64,000 nt of DNA from Octopus sinensis (lineage: Eukaryota): contig NC_043004.1 of assembly GCF_006345805.1 (NCBI RefSeq), forward strand, positions 7,378,001 to 7,442,000. The letters run 5' to 3'. Positions 1 through 12,159 of the stretch are shown one piece after another. Below the pieces are notes generated by a model. That model was not told the origin of the DNA. It did not search any database and was given only the letters and a program-made list of their open reading frames with translations. Positions within the stretch are counted from its first letter, which is position 1. Each line of letters starts with the position of its first letter. Position numbers and translations under genes: made by a program.

Positions 1-645
1 CGTGAAGAAAGAATGAAGGAAAATTAAGACAAATTCCCAAACAGAAATGTGTAATGGGAAGAGGAAGCACTCATTGGCTGAAGTTGGAAAATGATGTAGT
101 AGGATGGGTAGTCCAGCAGAGACAAGATGGCTACATTGTAAAACGAAATAAAATAAGATCTTATGTTCTCAAATGGGCTATAAAGGAGAAAGTAAAGATT
201 TTAAAGCAACAGTAGGTTGGTGCAATCGTTTTATTAACAGAAAATATCTGGTAATAAGGGAGAAAATAAAAATCGCCCAAAATCTCCCGAGAGGTCTCGA
301 TCACAAAGTAACCAGTTTTCACCAGTTCATCATCCAGCTGAGAAAAAGGCACCAGTTTCCATTGTCTCATATTGGAAATATGGATGAAACTCTATTAAAC
401 TTTGACATATTGGGTAACAAAACGGTAGATTTGAAAGGAGTAAAAACAGTGCATTGTAAAAGCACAGGATATGAGAAAACGAGGTTTATGGTGGTATTAT
501 CCTGCATGGCTGACGGTACAAAATTAAAATCTATGGTTATTTTTAAACGTAAAACAATAGATTTTCCTCCTGGCGTTTTTGTTCATTTTCACGAGAAAGG
601 GTGGATGGACGAGAGTGGTGCGAAATTATGGATTGAAAAGGTTTT
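1..645 (+). pseudogene. Decayed pogo/Tigger-family (CENP-B HTH + DDE_1) transposase fragment
   Basis: Upstream frame reads WLKLENDVVGWVVQQRQDGYIVKRNKIRSYVLKW (CENP-B-type HTH). After a frameshift near 172, ORF 173 reads FKATVGWCNRF...IGNMDET...TGYEKTRFMVVLSCMADGTKLKSMVIFKRK...KGWMDE, typical of pogo DDE_1. Similarity stops at about 645. Confidence 0.9.
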
Positions 646-659
646 ACGTTTTATTAATA

Positions 660-1053
660 CTAGCAGTATCGCCCGGCGTTGCTCGGGTTTGTTTCGACCC
701 CACTTAGAATTGGAATTTTTGAAAAGTAAAAATGTTGCGTTATGTAGCTTGTTATTCTCTTTAAGTGAACATTTTTCTGGTTGAAATACACCGAAAAATG
801 GCGACACAGCACTCAAAAAATCGTAAAAAATAGGGATTTTCATAGAAAAAAAGCACCTTAATGATGTAAATAATTTTGGGTGTTAACATGGTCCGATTTG
901 AATATTTTCTTCTACGGAAGGAAGAGCAAGCCTTCTTCTATCACACTCTCAATTTTGGTCAACTTGCGCCGCAGCGTCTTGGAGGAGATAGTGTTAGTTG
1001 AAGGCTACCAAACCTGCCATACACAGACAACTTCAGCTTTATATATAAAGAGA
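660..1053 (-). mobile_element. Non-autonomous Helitron (complete termini)
   Basis: Minus strand starts A|TCTCTTTATATATAAAGCTGAAG at 1053 and ends with hairpin CCCGAGCAACGCCGGG plus CGATACTGCTAG|T at 660. Inserted between A and T, no TSD. Confidence 0.8.
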
Positions 1054-1544
1054 TTATATATCTTGATAAGAAATTTTTTTAATTTATAATTTCTTTTAAA
1101 TGCAACTACTGTAAAATAATTTTATTTAAAAAAAAGGTTGTGTGTAATCCATCTTGTGTTATTTACCACCAAATGATAATAGATATTTTATGAAAAATAT
1201 AAATATGTTATTCCAAATGTTATTACTACAGTTATACATCATTAAAATTTTCGAAAGATTAACGGAAGATAAAGATTACTGTGAGCGCAACCATAACTCG
1301 ATGTTTACATTTTCTCAGCCGAACTCGCATAGATAAAAGTTGAATTGAATCATATAGAATTATCTCTCGAATAGGCTATTTTATTACGGAGATATGCCAA
1401 TAATATACAAAGTAAAAATGTTTTTATTACCTATATTGTAATTTTTTTTTATTTTGTTAATCTGTTCACGTATGTCTGTGGTTATCGCATCGAGGTCAAG
1501 GTTAGCTTACTTCTGAAATCACTTAAAATTTTGATTTGTAGAAT

Positions 1545-1622
1545 GGTGGTATAAGACGACTCCAAATTTTTAGGGTAAATTTTAGGATTTAAAGGTCGTC
1601 TTATATGCGGAAATATAAGGTA
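1545..1622 (+). mobile_element. Probable right end/TIR of a pogo/Tigger-like element
   Basis: GTATAAGACGAC...GGTCGTCTTATATGCGGAAATATAAGG|TA: subterminal inverted motif ending at TA, like Tigger-type ends. May belong to the transposase at 1-645. Confidence 0.5.
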
Positions 1623-2376
1623 CATACGTACGTACGTATGTATGTATGTATGTCATTATTCAGTTTTATTTCACGGTTTCTTGCCAATAGAGAAAAAAAG
1701 ATGGTTTCTTACCTAGACCCAAGACTCCTTCATTGGACTTTCAATATTAACAGGGTATTTTTGCATGTGTGTATATGTTCAATGTCCTATATATATATTG
1801 TTAGTGGAGTCCCTGACGCCTCTTTCTTGCTGTCATATTCTGACATAAAATAAGTCTAATAAACTGGAGTTAAATGAAGTCTTGGATGGAAACATTAAAG
1901 ACTTCATTCATACATTTCTATACATACATACTTTTTTGAATGCCCATTGTTCCGATAATTCTGCATTTTTACAGTTACACTTTTACCATGACAGTAGATA
2001 AATTTTTTATTTCACAACGTATTTGTAGTGGCTTCATACAGGCATAGTGTGAATTCGATCCTCGATTGCCAAATTTCACTTAACAGCACTTTTCACACGG
2101 TAAAACAATAGTTTTTCTGTGAATGGCAGCAGTTATACATTTCCCAGATGCCTTCGCTAAGTAGAATAATGTCTTTGCCTCTCGCCAACCTCCAACAACC
2201 TCTCCCACCAACCTCCAACAATCTCTCCCTCCTCCAGCTGACAGTTTTTTGTACTTTTCCGTGACGGAAAAGACACCTTTTATGGCAGTTATAACGAAAT
2301 TGCTTTCTTATGTCAGAGGAATAAGGCGTTTCAATGGAACATCTTTACCCCCTGTAATTACTGGCTAAACCAGCTA

Positions 2377-2377
<1 letters not shown>

Positions 2378-2460
<83 letters not shown>

Positions 2461-2548
2461 GATGAAATTCAGAGTACCAAGAAGTTTGAATCAAACTGTT
2501 TGCGTATAAATGTAAGTATGCATGTATGTATGTACGTATGTGTGTGTA

Positions 2549-2627
<79 letters not shown>

Positions 2628-2640
2628 GTATGTATAAATG
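2378..2640. repeat. (TA)n and (TATG)n microsatellites
   Basis: Two long perfect (TA)n runs at about 2378-2458 and 2551-2614, followed by (TATG)n. Confidence 0.95.
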
Positions 2641-3379
2641 TAACCACATGTGAATTGCTAGCGATTTTTTTTCCTCCATCTTCCTTTCCTATTCGACTTT
2701 CTTGTCTTCTGTTTCTGAAGAACTTTGCTCGAAATGTAAAACCGCCTTTCTTTCCTTCCCTGAGCGTCTGCTAATATTTTATGTGTACCACGTCCTCAAG
2801 TTGTTGTCTTTTGTGTTTGTTCTTTCTTGTTTTTTTTTAAATTTACTATATATATATACGTATTTGTATATAAGATTTTCATTTGAGTTTTATTTAAGTT
2901 CTTAATTAAGTTGAAGCTAACAAAACAAGACTTTTCGAATGAAGACAGTTCTTAGGATTTGTAAATAAGTGTTTAAATTTGTGTGTGTATATATGTAGGT
3001 GTATGCACCAGAAATTATGTTCTGTGTGAACACCACATCTTTAGTGCTTATATGTGTGTTTGTGTGTGTGAGATAGAGATAGAGAGAGAAAGAGTATATG
3101 TGTGAGAGAGAGAGGGGGAGATAGATAAAGAGAGAGAGTGTGTGTGCGTGCGTGTGTGTGTGTGTGTCATTACTACATACATATGTGTCTTTGTAGATGT
3201 ACACAATCAAGTGTATGCATGTATTCATTTAAAGAATCGCTGATGGAGAATCTTTGGAATATCTTACAAATCCTTATTGTGCCGCTGATAGGATTTAGAG
3301 AATGTGCATCAATTTCTTTTGTTCTTTCTTTAAAAAATCAGAGCATTTCTAAGTTTCAGTGCAAATCTTTAGACATAGC

Positions 3380-3575
3380 TTGTTTGTATGTAATGTATGT
3401 ATGTGTGTATGTATATATGTATGTATGTATGTATTTTTGTATGCATGTATGTATGTGTGTATGTATGTATGTATGCATATGTGTGTATGATGTAAGCATG
3501 CATGTTTGTATATAATGTGTATGCATGTATGCGTGTGTATGTATGTATGTATGTGTGTGTGTGTGTGTATGTATG
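3380..3575. repeat. Compound (TATG)/(TG) microsatellite
   Basis: Directly visible. Confidence 0.9.
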
Positions 3576-4027
3576 AGTCGTCTTTTTTATTAATTAATTG
3601 AATTATAAGGGAGAATGTTTTCCATCGCTGGAATTTGGATAACAACAACGATCGGAATTACTTGCTAAACTTTAGAAAAGTCTCGTATATTTTTACTGTC
3701 TTGCTTACAGATTCTATTTGCAACGAACTATAACAAAATCTGCCAGGTCTTCCTAGCCAAGGAAAACACTGGAAAATGTAATCCTAGGGATAGGAAAAGA
3801 TTGGAGAGCCACGGTTGGAATGCTTTTCATCACAGGTCAATGATTTAAGACAGTGATGATTAAAGTCAGTGTGTAATTTGGAGAAGCTTAACTGGTATTT
3901 CTAGCAGATCAAACACCTTCCTTGTGTAGGAAAATTGCATAACATATATTGCACTACTAATTATTATTTGTTACGAGATTAATTAATTAATTAATTGTAC
4001 ATAGTATTTATTGAGTCTTGACCAATA

Positions 4028-4048
4028 TACATACATGTATGTGTGTGT

Positions 4049-4122
<74 letters not shown>
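4028..4122. repeat. (GT)n microsatellite
   Basis: Directly visible. Confidence 0.95.
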
Positions 4123-4125
<3 letters not shown>

Positions 4126-4362
4126 CTTATATAAATTCAATTAAATACCATCTACCATTAGCTACCGAATTATCTCCGCAGATGTTTCAATAAATAAAAT
4201 AATTAAGTGGAAGTTTTATTGCATTCCAGAAACCTCCTTAATAATCTCAAAATTGCTATGGTGACCGTAGTGATTATTGTCGCATTGATGAAAATCATCG
4301 CCGTGGTGACCATGGTCAGCATGGTAATGGCTGTATTCAAATACTGGTTTAAAATTTTAGCA

Positions 4363-4560
4363 CAAAGCCAATGATTCCGGGAGGAGGGGATAAGCTGATT
4401 ACATCGACCCTCAATACTCAACTGGTACTTATTTTATCGACCCCAAAAAGATGAAAGACAAAGTCGACTTCGGTGGAATTTGAACCCATTGCGTAAAAAC
4501 GGACGAAATGCCGCTAAGCATTTAGTTCAGTGCGCTAAGGAATCCGCCAGCTGGCCGCCT
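4363..4560 (-). mobile_element. tRNA-derived SINE family A
   Basis: Reverse complement of head GGCGGC..GCTGGC, B-box GTTCAAATTCC and core GTCGACTTTGTCTTTCATC..GGGGTCGATAAAATAAGTACCAG, shared with about 20 copies in the window. Confidence 0.85.
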
Positions 4561-5114
4561 TTGGCTGCGTTCTAATATCGCGATTCCATTCAATACACAC
4601 ACACACACACACACACACATTCATACATTCGTATATATACGTTAAATATGTGGTACTGATAGCTTCTTTTTTTTACATTACAGAGCTACTATAATTGCAA
4701 AATTTGAATTTTTATTTTGTGCGATGCCATTTGTACATCAGCAAATAGTTTGTACACACTATCTGTAGATACTTCGGACTAGAGATTTCGATTGCGTTTT
4801 AGAAATGTCGCGAGTGCACAGCATTGAAGCGCCGCAATGACGGAGAAATACGGCATCTGCTTCTCTCATGTTCACATCTGCAACGAGTTCGTTCCGCCTG
4901 TCTATGAAGTAAATTGTGTTTTTTAACACTGTTCGTCTGCAGAAAGATTTTTCCCGAACGGAAAAGCAGCTTTGTGTTCATTAAATACAAAATTATGTTT
5001 TATTTTTCGTAACGACAAAATCAGAGTAAATATTTGTGAAGTGTTGGCTCTTAATTCCAATGCCACTCTACATGGCAGTATTCTTTCTCTCCATGTATAT
5101 TTACATCGTTTGCT

Positions 5115-5178
<64 letters not shown>

Positions 5179-5919
5179 GCGCAAATGCATACATAAATGT
5201 ATATCCAGTACAACTCGAAACTTGCGAATGTTATCCTTAATCAATGGTTGCATGAGTTGAGACGAGAGAAGGAGGGAGAGCTAGAGAGAGAGAGAAGGCA
5301 GAGATATGGGAGAGAGAGGGAGAGAGAGAGAGAGGTGTAGACATGGAAATTTCATTTTAAAGTTTTCAGGAATGTTAATAAGCTGCTGCCAAAATGGTAG
5401 ACCACTTCAGTCTAATTTATTTTTTGCATCTGTTTACTTCTTTTAATGACATCGAGAGGAGGCAGCGTATTTTTTTTTTTGTATGTGTTCTTTTAACAGT
5501 AACTTTGCTATCTTAATTTTCAACCTAAGTCCTCCATCACTGTCTGTGTGTGTGTGTATGTGTGTGTGTGTGCGCGCGCCAGTACATGTGGGTGCGTTTA
5601 TTTTGAAAACATTAGCGTTATGTTTTTGAATTCGAGTGCATGCTCGGTGTTCCGGAGAAATTTGTGTAACCGTCTGCACTGAAAGTTTCAAATATTGTGT
5701 GTGTGTGTGTGTGCGCGCGCGCGCGCGTACCAGCGTGGAAAAGCGGGCGTAAAACGAGGATATATGCATACATGTATGTACATATGTATGTATGTAAATA
5801 TATATGTATGTATATTTATGTTTATATGTACGTATATGTGTGCGCATGTGCATACACACACACACACATATAGAGTGTGTGTGTGTGTGTATTTTGATAA
5901 TACAAACAGAAGAAACATC

Positions 5920-6150
5920 TATTTCTTTACTACCCACAAGGGGCTAAACATAAAGGGGACAAACAAGGACAGACAAACGGATTAAGTCGATTACATCGAC
6001 CCCAGTGCGTAACTAGTACTTTTTTAATCGACCCCGAAAGGAAGAAAGGCAAAGTCGACCTCGGCGGAATTTGAACTCAGAACGTAGCGGCAGACGAAAT
6101 ACTGCTAAGCATTTCGCCCGGCGTGCTAACGTTTCTGCCAGCTCGCCGCC
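5920..6150 (-). mobile_element. SINE family A, full length
   Basis: Complete head-core-tail (GGCGGCGAGCTGGCAGAAACG ... CCCTTGTGGGTAGTAAAGAAATA). Imperfect TSD ATACAAACA..AAGAAA.ATCT. Confidence 0.92.
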
Positions 6151-6711
6151 TTATACAAACAAGAAATATCTCAATGCGTAAGGTAGCGTAGATGTTTATT
6201 CATTTATTAACTGCGAATCTGCATAGGCGACTCCAGGGTCCAGACGTCACCTTTGTGACGTCACAAATAATACACACACACACCATATGTATATATAACC
6301 AAAATAACCAGTCACAAACATGCATCTGTCCAATGTTGGAATCCATCTGTAAGAATCCAAGGTCAAATCTACCATCAACTTCGGGAAAAGAAGCGTGACA
6401 AGGGAGAACATGTGCGGCGTTTTAATGCAAAAACAGGGGCTGAAGTTACAATTTTAATGTTAAATGAGCCTACAGGAAATAGATATATTGTTCTTCAGTT
6501 GAAACATGTTGGATTGAGAATCTCAGAGTTACATTGATCCTATGATCCTTTGATGGATCCATTGTTGTTGTTTTTCATATAGAACAGATGGCTACCACAT
6601 ATATTTGCAAGGGAGAAATTACCACCAAGGAACCGTGAAATATCACGATTGGAGGATTTCGCGACTCACCAATTATGCTACTTAATACGGTGCAACGCCG
6701 GGTATGCCTGC

Positions 6712-6762
<51 letters not shown>

Positions 6763-6771
6763 AAACAAGCA

Positions 6772-7140
6772 TAGGCGCAGGAGTGGATCTGTGCTAAGTA
6801 GCTTGCTTACCAACCACATGGTTCCGGGTTCAATCCCACTGCGTGGCATCTTGGGCAAGTGTCTTGTACTATAGCCTCGGGCCAAACAAAGCCTTGTGAG
6901 TAGATTTGGTAGACGGAAACTGAAAGAAGCCTGTCATATATATATGTATGTATGTGTTTATGTGTCTGTGTTTGTTCCCCCACCGTTGCTTGACAACCCA
7001 TGCTGCTTGTTTACGTCCTCGTAACCTAGCGGTTCAGCAAAAGACACCGATAGAATAAGTACTAGGCTTACAAAAAATAAGTACTGGTGTTAATTTGTTC
7101 AACTAAAGGTGGTGCTTCAGCATGGCCACACTCAAATGAC
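6772..7140 (+). mobile_element. tRNA-derived SINE family B
   Basis: Head GGCGCAGGAGTGG.TGTG.TAAG, B-box GGTTCAATCCC, core CTTGGGCAAGTGTCTT, 3' part GATAGAATAAGTACTAGGCTTAC...CAGCATGGCC. Repeated about 10 times in the window. Confidence 0.9.
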
Positions 7141-7164
7141 AGAAACAAAAAACTAAAATAAAAT

Positions 7165-7249
<85 letters not shown>

Positions 7250-7304
7250 ACTTGTTTCATTGGACTGCTGCCATGTTGGGGCACCCGTCTTGGAGGGTTT
7301 AGTC

Positions 7305-7419
7305 CAGTGGTCCACAGGTTGTGACCCCTGGTGGTCCGCAAAAGTAGTACTCGGGGTCCATGGAAAAATCTCATTCAAATAAAAGGGGTCCTTGGTGGTG
7401 ACAAGGTTGGGAACCACTG
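7305..7419. mobile_element. hAT (Charlie-like) MITE
   Basis: Ends CAGTGGTCC.../...GGTTGGGAACCACTG. 8-bp TSD GTTTAGTC / GGTTAGTC (7 of 8 match). Confidence 0.75.
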
Positions 7420-7646
7420 GGTTAGTCAAATTGCCCTCAATACTTATTTTTAAGCCTAGTACTTATGCTTACGGTCTCCCTTGACGACCGAACCGTTAAG
7501 TTGCAGGAACGTAAACAAACCAATACCAGTTGTCAATGTTGGGGGTCAAACACAAGGACACACACACACACATATATATACGACGGGATTCTTTCAGTTT
7601 CCGTCTACCATATCCACTCACAAGGCTCTGGTTGCCTGAGGTTATA

Positions 7647-7873
7647 TATTTCATTACTGCCCACAAGGGGCTAAACACAGAGGCGACAAACAAGGACAGA
7701 CAAACGGATTAAGTCGATTAGATTGACCTCAGTGCGTAACTAGTACTTAATTTATAGACCCCGAAAGGATGAAAGACAAAGTCGACCTCGGCGGAATTTG
7801 AACTCAGAACGTAATGGCAAACGAAATACGGCTACGCATTTCGCCCGGCGTTTTAACGATTCTGCCAGCTCGC
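7647..7873 (-). mobile_element. SINE family A nested in SINE B
   Basis: 12-bp TSD CCTGAGGTTATA at 7635-7646 and 7874-7885. Confidence 0.9.
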
Positions 7874-8134
7874 CCTGAGGTTATAGAAGACATTTGCCCA
7901 AGGTGCCAAGCAGTGGGATTGAACTCGGAACCATGTGATCGGGAAGCAAACCTCTTACCACACAGCCACATATGGATGGGTGGGTGGGTGGATGTGCGCA
8001 TGCGTGAATGCAGTACATGTGAATAATACCCAATTTACAGAAATATACGTATGTACGCTCATATATGCAAGTGGGGGCTACTTAAGAAGAGTGATCCCGC
8101 TGCGCGCACTCGCGTACGCACGCATCCGCGCTAG

Positions 8135-8346
8135 CTAGTCGTGACTAGTCGATCCTTATTTTGTGTTTTTGTTTTATTTACTTTGTTTAACAAAATTATT
8201 TACTTTGTGTTTTTGTGTTTTATTTACTTTGTTTAACAAAAATTTGCCAAAATTATTTACTTTGTGAAAAAAAATTTATTTATTTTGTGTTTTATTTACT
8301 TTATTTACTATAACTAGTCGTTATAGGATCGACTAGTCACGACTAG
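8135..8346. mobile_element. MITE-like element with perfect 22-bp TIRs
   Basis: CTAGTCGTGACTAGTCGATCCT (8135-8156) and its exact reverse complement (8325-8346) enclose AT-rich tandem TTATTTACTTTG units. Flanked by TAG on both sides. Confidence 0.65.
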
Positions 8347-8878
8347 TAGTACCATGCGAGTGTGTGTGTGTGTGAGAGAGAGAGAGAAAGAGCATTCACA
8401 CATATTTGTGTGTACGTGTGCACACTGACACACACACATACTCATAAACACACACATACACATCGCACATACCTTTCCGGGTGAAAGAGATTTACCTTAC
8501 GCCTTTGGGAAGATGTTATTCACATCGTCTTGTCAGTTAAACATCCCCATTTGTCGTATTTTTCAAGGCAGAAGTTGTTATATTCCTATCTATCATTCTT
8601 CTGGGTCATCGGAAAGGGGCTCATACAGTAAATTAACACTTAGGCTTGTCTGAAAGGTAACTCCTGCTATTAAAGTGATACATCTCTTGTAACGTTTTGC
8701 CTGTTTAAACTGTTGGTCGTTTTTTTTTTTTTTTTTTTCTTACATCAGAGATGCCCAGCATGGCTGCCTCAGACGAAAAGTCTTGGTTACTTGACTTGCA
8801 AGAAATAACAGCGGTAATTGTTCAGTTTGGCTAGGTTAAAAAGGTAAATAAAATGTTAAGGAGGAGATAAGTCAACTT

Positions 8879-9080
8879 GGATCTTTTCGCTTTGACCGGC
8901 AGATTTTTAAAATAATTTCTTGGTAACTAAACACTTTTAAACTTCGTATACTGGTAGAATGTGTTTATAAAACATATTTTTCTCTTGGCTTTCTTGAGAA
9001 AATTCTGTAGTTTGTAAGCTATTTGTTCTTTAATTTCTTGCATTTCGGCAATTTCAACCAATCAATGACGTCTATTGACC
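8879..9080 (+). mobile_element. Single arm of the GGATC fold-back MITE family
   Basis: GGATCTTTTCGCTTTGACCGGCAG...AACTTCGTATACTGGTAGAATGTG matches the TIRs of the copies at 14711, 17043, 42882 and 45769. Confidence 0.85.
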
Positions 9081-9119
9081 TTTAAATTTTTGGAAATAAA
9101 TGCGAAACACTTAAAGTAC

Positions 9120-9385
9120 CACTAGGCTCCGGCAGGGGGGACGTGGAGAACCCTGCTGTACTCTTTCACTACAACTTACTCACCCTTTCTTTCTGTTTCT
9201 GTTGTATCTGTATCACAAAGGGCCAGCCTTGTCACACTGTGTCATGCTGAATCTCCTTGAAAACTACGTTAAGGGCTACATGTATCTGTAGAGTGCTCAG
9301 CCATTTGCACGTTAATTTCATGAGTAGGCTGTCTCGTTGTTCGGATTAAATGGAACCCTTGTCGTCGTAAATGACGGAGTGCCAT
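9120..9385 (+). mobile_element. SINE-like interspersed repeat (third family)
   Basis: Motif GTGCTCAGCCATTTGCACGTTAATTTCATGAG...GTCGTCGTAAATGACGGAGTGCCA resembles a mollusc SINE 3' domain. Recognised from memory only. Confidence 0.5.
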
Positions 9386-9769
9386 GAATTTAGTGTAAAT
9401 GTTTTGTAATTGCTGAATGGATTTTAAGGCCGTGCTCTTCCTTTATTCGCAGCAATGAATGAGACGTAAAGCTCTTTTACTGACAGACTCTAATAGCACC
9501 GAAAACGGTGTTATTAGCACTACACTGTAATCAAGACATCGCCTAAACTATCGCCACTTTTGATTATCAACTCATAAAAAAACATTCCGTTTGCTCTTAA
9601 CTCGTTGCCTTTGTTTAATTTTGTTAATCATTGTCCTGTCTATAGATTTAATCTTAATTAAAATTATCGTCTGTGATCGCCGCATTAATTTTGTTAACCC
9701 TTCTAGGCCGCCGTCCAATGACTGAAACAAGTAGGAAGTAAAGGTATTATCTGCCTTCTAATATCGTTT

Positions 9770-9941
9770 ACTTGTTTCATTCAGTAGACTGCGGCCATCC
9801 TGGGGCACGCATCAAAGGTTTTAATTGAATAAATCGACTGCAGTAGTTTTTCTTTATAGCCTGGAACTTATTCTATTGGTCTTTTTCCCGAATTGCTAAG
9901 TGGTGGGGACGTAAACAAACCAACACTGGTTGTCAAGCAGT

Positions 9942-9994
<53 letters not shown>

Positions 9995-10110
9995 GAGGCT
10001 TCTTTCAGTTTTCTCCTACTCACAAGGCTTTTGTCAGCTGGGCCCCTTCTATGCTATACAGTGGGAATGAACCTGGAACTATATGGTTGAGAGGCAAACT
10101 TCCTACCACA
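9770..10110 (-). mobile_element. SINE family B (diverged) with internal (CT)/(CA) microsatellite
   Basis: Reverse-complement match to the family B 3' and head segments. Confidence 0.8.
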
Positions 10111-10484
10111 CGGCCATGCCTCACCATTGCCATTTACCTTTACAGACATGTGCATTATTACCATGCTTCTCTGACAATATCTACAAAGCCATATTTGCAG
10201 GGGTCTCCATGTCTCCCTATCAGACCATTACCCATTCCCGTCATCGCATTATTTATTTCTGATGTTAATTAATTGTAACCCTGATGAGTTAACTCAATGT
10301 TTTCCAAGGTTATTTTGTTGTGGAACCTTTAAACAGTTCGTTTAAGCAGACATCCTTACCATAACTTTAATTTTATTAAGCCATTGAATAAAATATAAGT
10401 AATTATGGCGAAAGAAATTATTCAACTTATTTTGAAATAGTGAATACCATTCACTTTCCTTTATAAACTTTTATCAAATTTTAA

Positions 10485-10777
10485 TCCAGGAACTCTGTCT
10501 TATCGAAATTCAGATTTTTTATGACAAACACTCGCAGACATGCTTATAAAATCGAGAAACAACACAGCACCCATGACTTTCGAAAACATTTTTTCGCGCT
10601 CAGAATTGCTGAAGCATGGAATAAACTGCCCGCATCAGTTGTTAGTTGTCGAGACACTTCAAAACTTCCATGTATCCTGAAATCCACCAACAGTACACCT
10701 GATGGCCCTTTTCTTACATTTTAGTTGTAGTGCACCTGAGCACTGTATACAATTTCCTTCATCATTATATCATTATA
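10485..10777 (+). mobile_element. CR1-like LINE 3' end (RT C-terminus remnant)
   Basis: TNTRRHAYKIEKQHSTHDFRKHFFALRIAEAWNKLPASVV fits the CR1 motif TRGHxxK...RxxFFxxRVxxxWNxLP. Followed by a short repeat tail. Confidence 0.85.
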
Positions 10778-11519
10778 CACACACACACACGTGTGTGTGT
10801 GTGTGTTGACTTTCTGGGCAATATTTTATGGTGTTAGTTAATGTAATGTCACACACCCCAATTCTGTTCCCACTCAATGGCACCCCACACAGTGTTCAAT
10901 ATGTGGTGCATGACTTTCTCTCTTTTCTATCTAGTTCTCTATCCTTCTCCTCTCCCCACTTGTACTCAAAACCTTCCCCATCTATTTCTATCTACCTTCC
11001 ATCTCTTCCTCTGTCAAATATCTACTATTTATCTTTATTTCCTTTTTTTCTCAGCACTCCCTCTTTCTTCATACTTGCTCTTCCCAACCTTCTCTGCTCC
11101 ACTCTGTCTCTCTTCACTTTTTGATACCAAAAGACCATCCAATTTTTCATCACTCATCTTTTTTCTACTTGACCAGTGCATAGGTAAGACATATATTTTG
11201 TTTCATCTCCTGCCTAGCACTCACTTCAGACCCATAGTTTACCTTTTCACTTTTCATTCTTTTCTTTCCTTCTGTCTTTCTTCCCTTCGAACCTATCTTT
11301 CTATCCTTCTCCTGAGTCTTCACATTGTACTTTTGGAACACAAGCACCACTATTCTCTTCCGTTTTTGTTAGTTTTCTTCATGTAGTGTCTCACATTTTG
11401 AAATTCTTGCAATTTATATTTTTACTGATTATGTTTGTTCCGCTTGATATATTTCCAAAATTAAACATTTTAATATGCAAAATATACTTCACATTATTAC
11501 ATATACTATACATTAATGC

Positions 11520-12020
11520 AAAAAATATTGTGTTTATTGATTATCTTCAAAATGATCACACCATCAATGGAAAATTTCAATACCAACTTGCTAAGGCAGT
11601 TATGAAAGGCTATCAAGACCAAACACTCAGAAAAACTTATGAATGGGGTCTTGTTTCATTAGGAGAATGCTTCCGCGCACAAGTCCTTGGTATCAATGGC
11701 TGTTGTGCATGACTGGCTTTGAACTGGTTGATCACCCCTCCCTATGTTAGTGATTTGGTTCCTTCTGGTTATCATCTGTTCCCCAACATAGGAAAACACT
11801 TGGCTAGACACCAGTATCTCTGTGATGATGACGTCTTATCTGCTGTTGATGACCATTTTGACCAATAGAATAGCTTCTTCACCAGTGTGATCCAAGCACT
11901 GCAACTACTGATGGAAGTGTGTGGACAGTAAGAGGAACTACGTTAAAAAATGAACTTCATTTGGTCGCATTCCATGAGAGTGTCTTGCTCAGCCTGTGAA
12001 CATTTCATCCAACCTTCATA
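11520..12020 (+). pseudogene. Decayed mariner (DD34D) transposase C-terminal half plus right TIR
   Basis: With frameshifts reads IVFIDYLQ..TING..LLRQL..GVLFH*ENASAHKS..FELVDHP..DLVPSGYHLFP..WKCVD. Ends CAGCCTGTGAACATTTCATCCAACCTTCA|TA. Confidence 0.88.
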
Positions 12021-12159
12021 ATAATAAAGATTATTATTATTATACCTGCATTTGTATTAATGTTAACATTGAAAAAATCCACATTTTTCATTTAAAAATT
12101 TCAACCTGAGTTTGCACCTCCTCCCCACGAGCAAATTTTGTTGCTGGTCCACTGACTGA

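Larger units (their letters stand above)
7248..7970 (-). mobile_element. SINE family B interrupted by a hAT MITE and a family A SINE
   Basis: The family B sequence resumes in register on both sides of each insertion. Confidence 0.8.

Noticed and set aside
646-784. C-terminal part of ORF 173-784 as transposase
   Set aside because: It is read-through into the antisense Helitron end. Pogo similarity stops at about 645.
1900-2190. Possible coding remnant on the minus strand
   Set aside because: Stops in all frames and no recognisable motif.
6060-6150. tRNA genes at SINE heads
   Set aside because: A/B boxes are present, but they belong to SINE heads and do not form full cloverleafs with acceptor stems.
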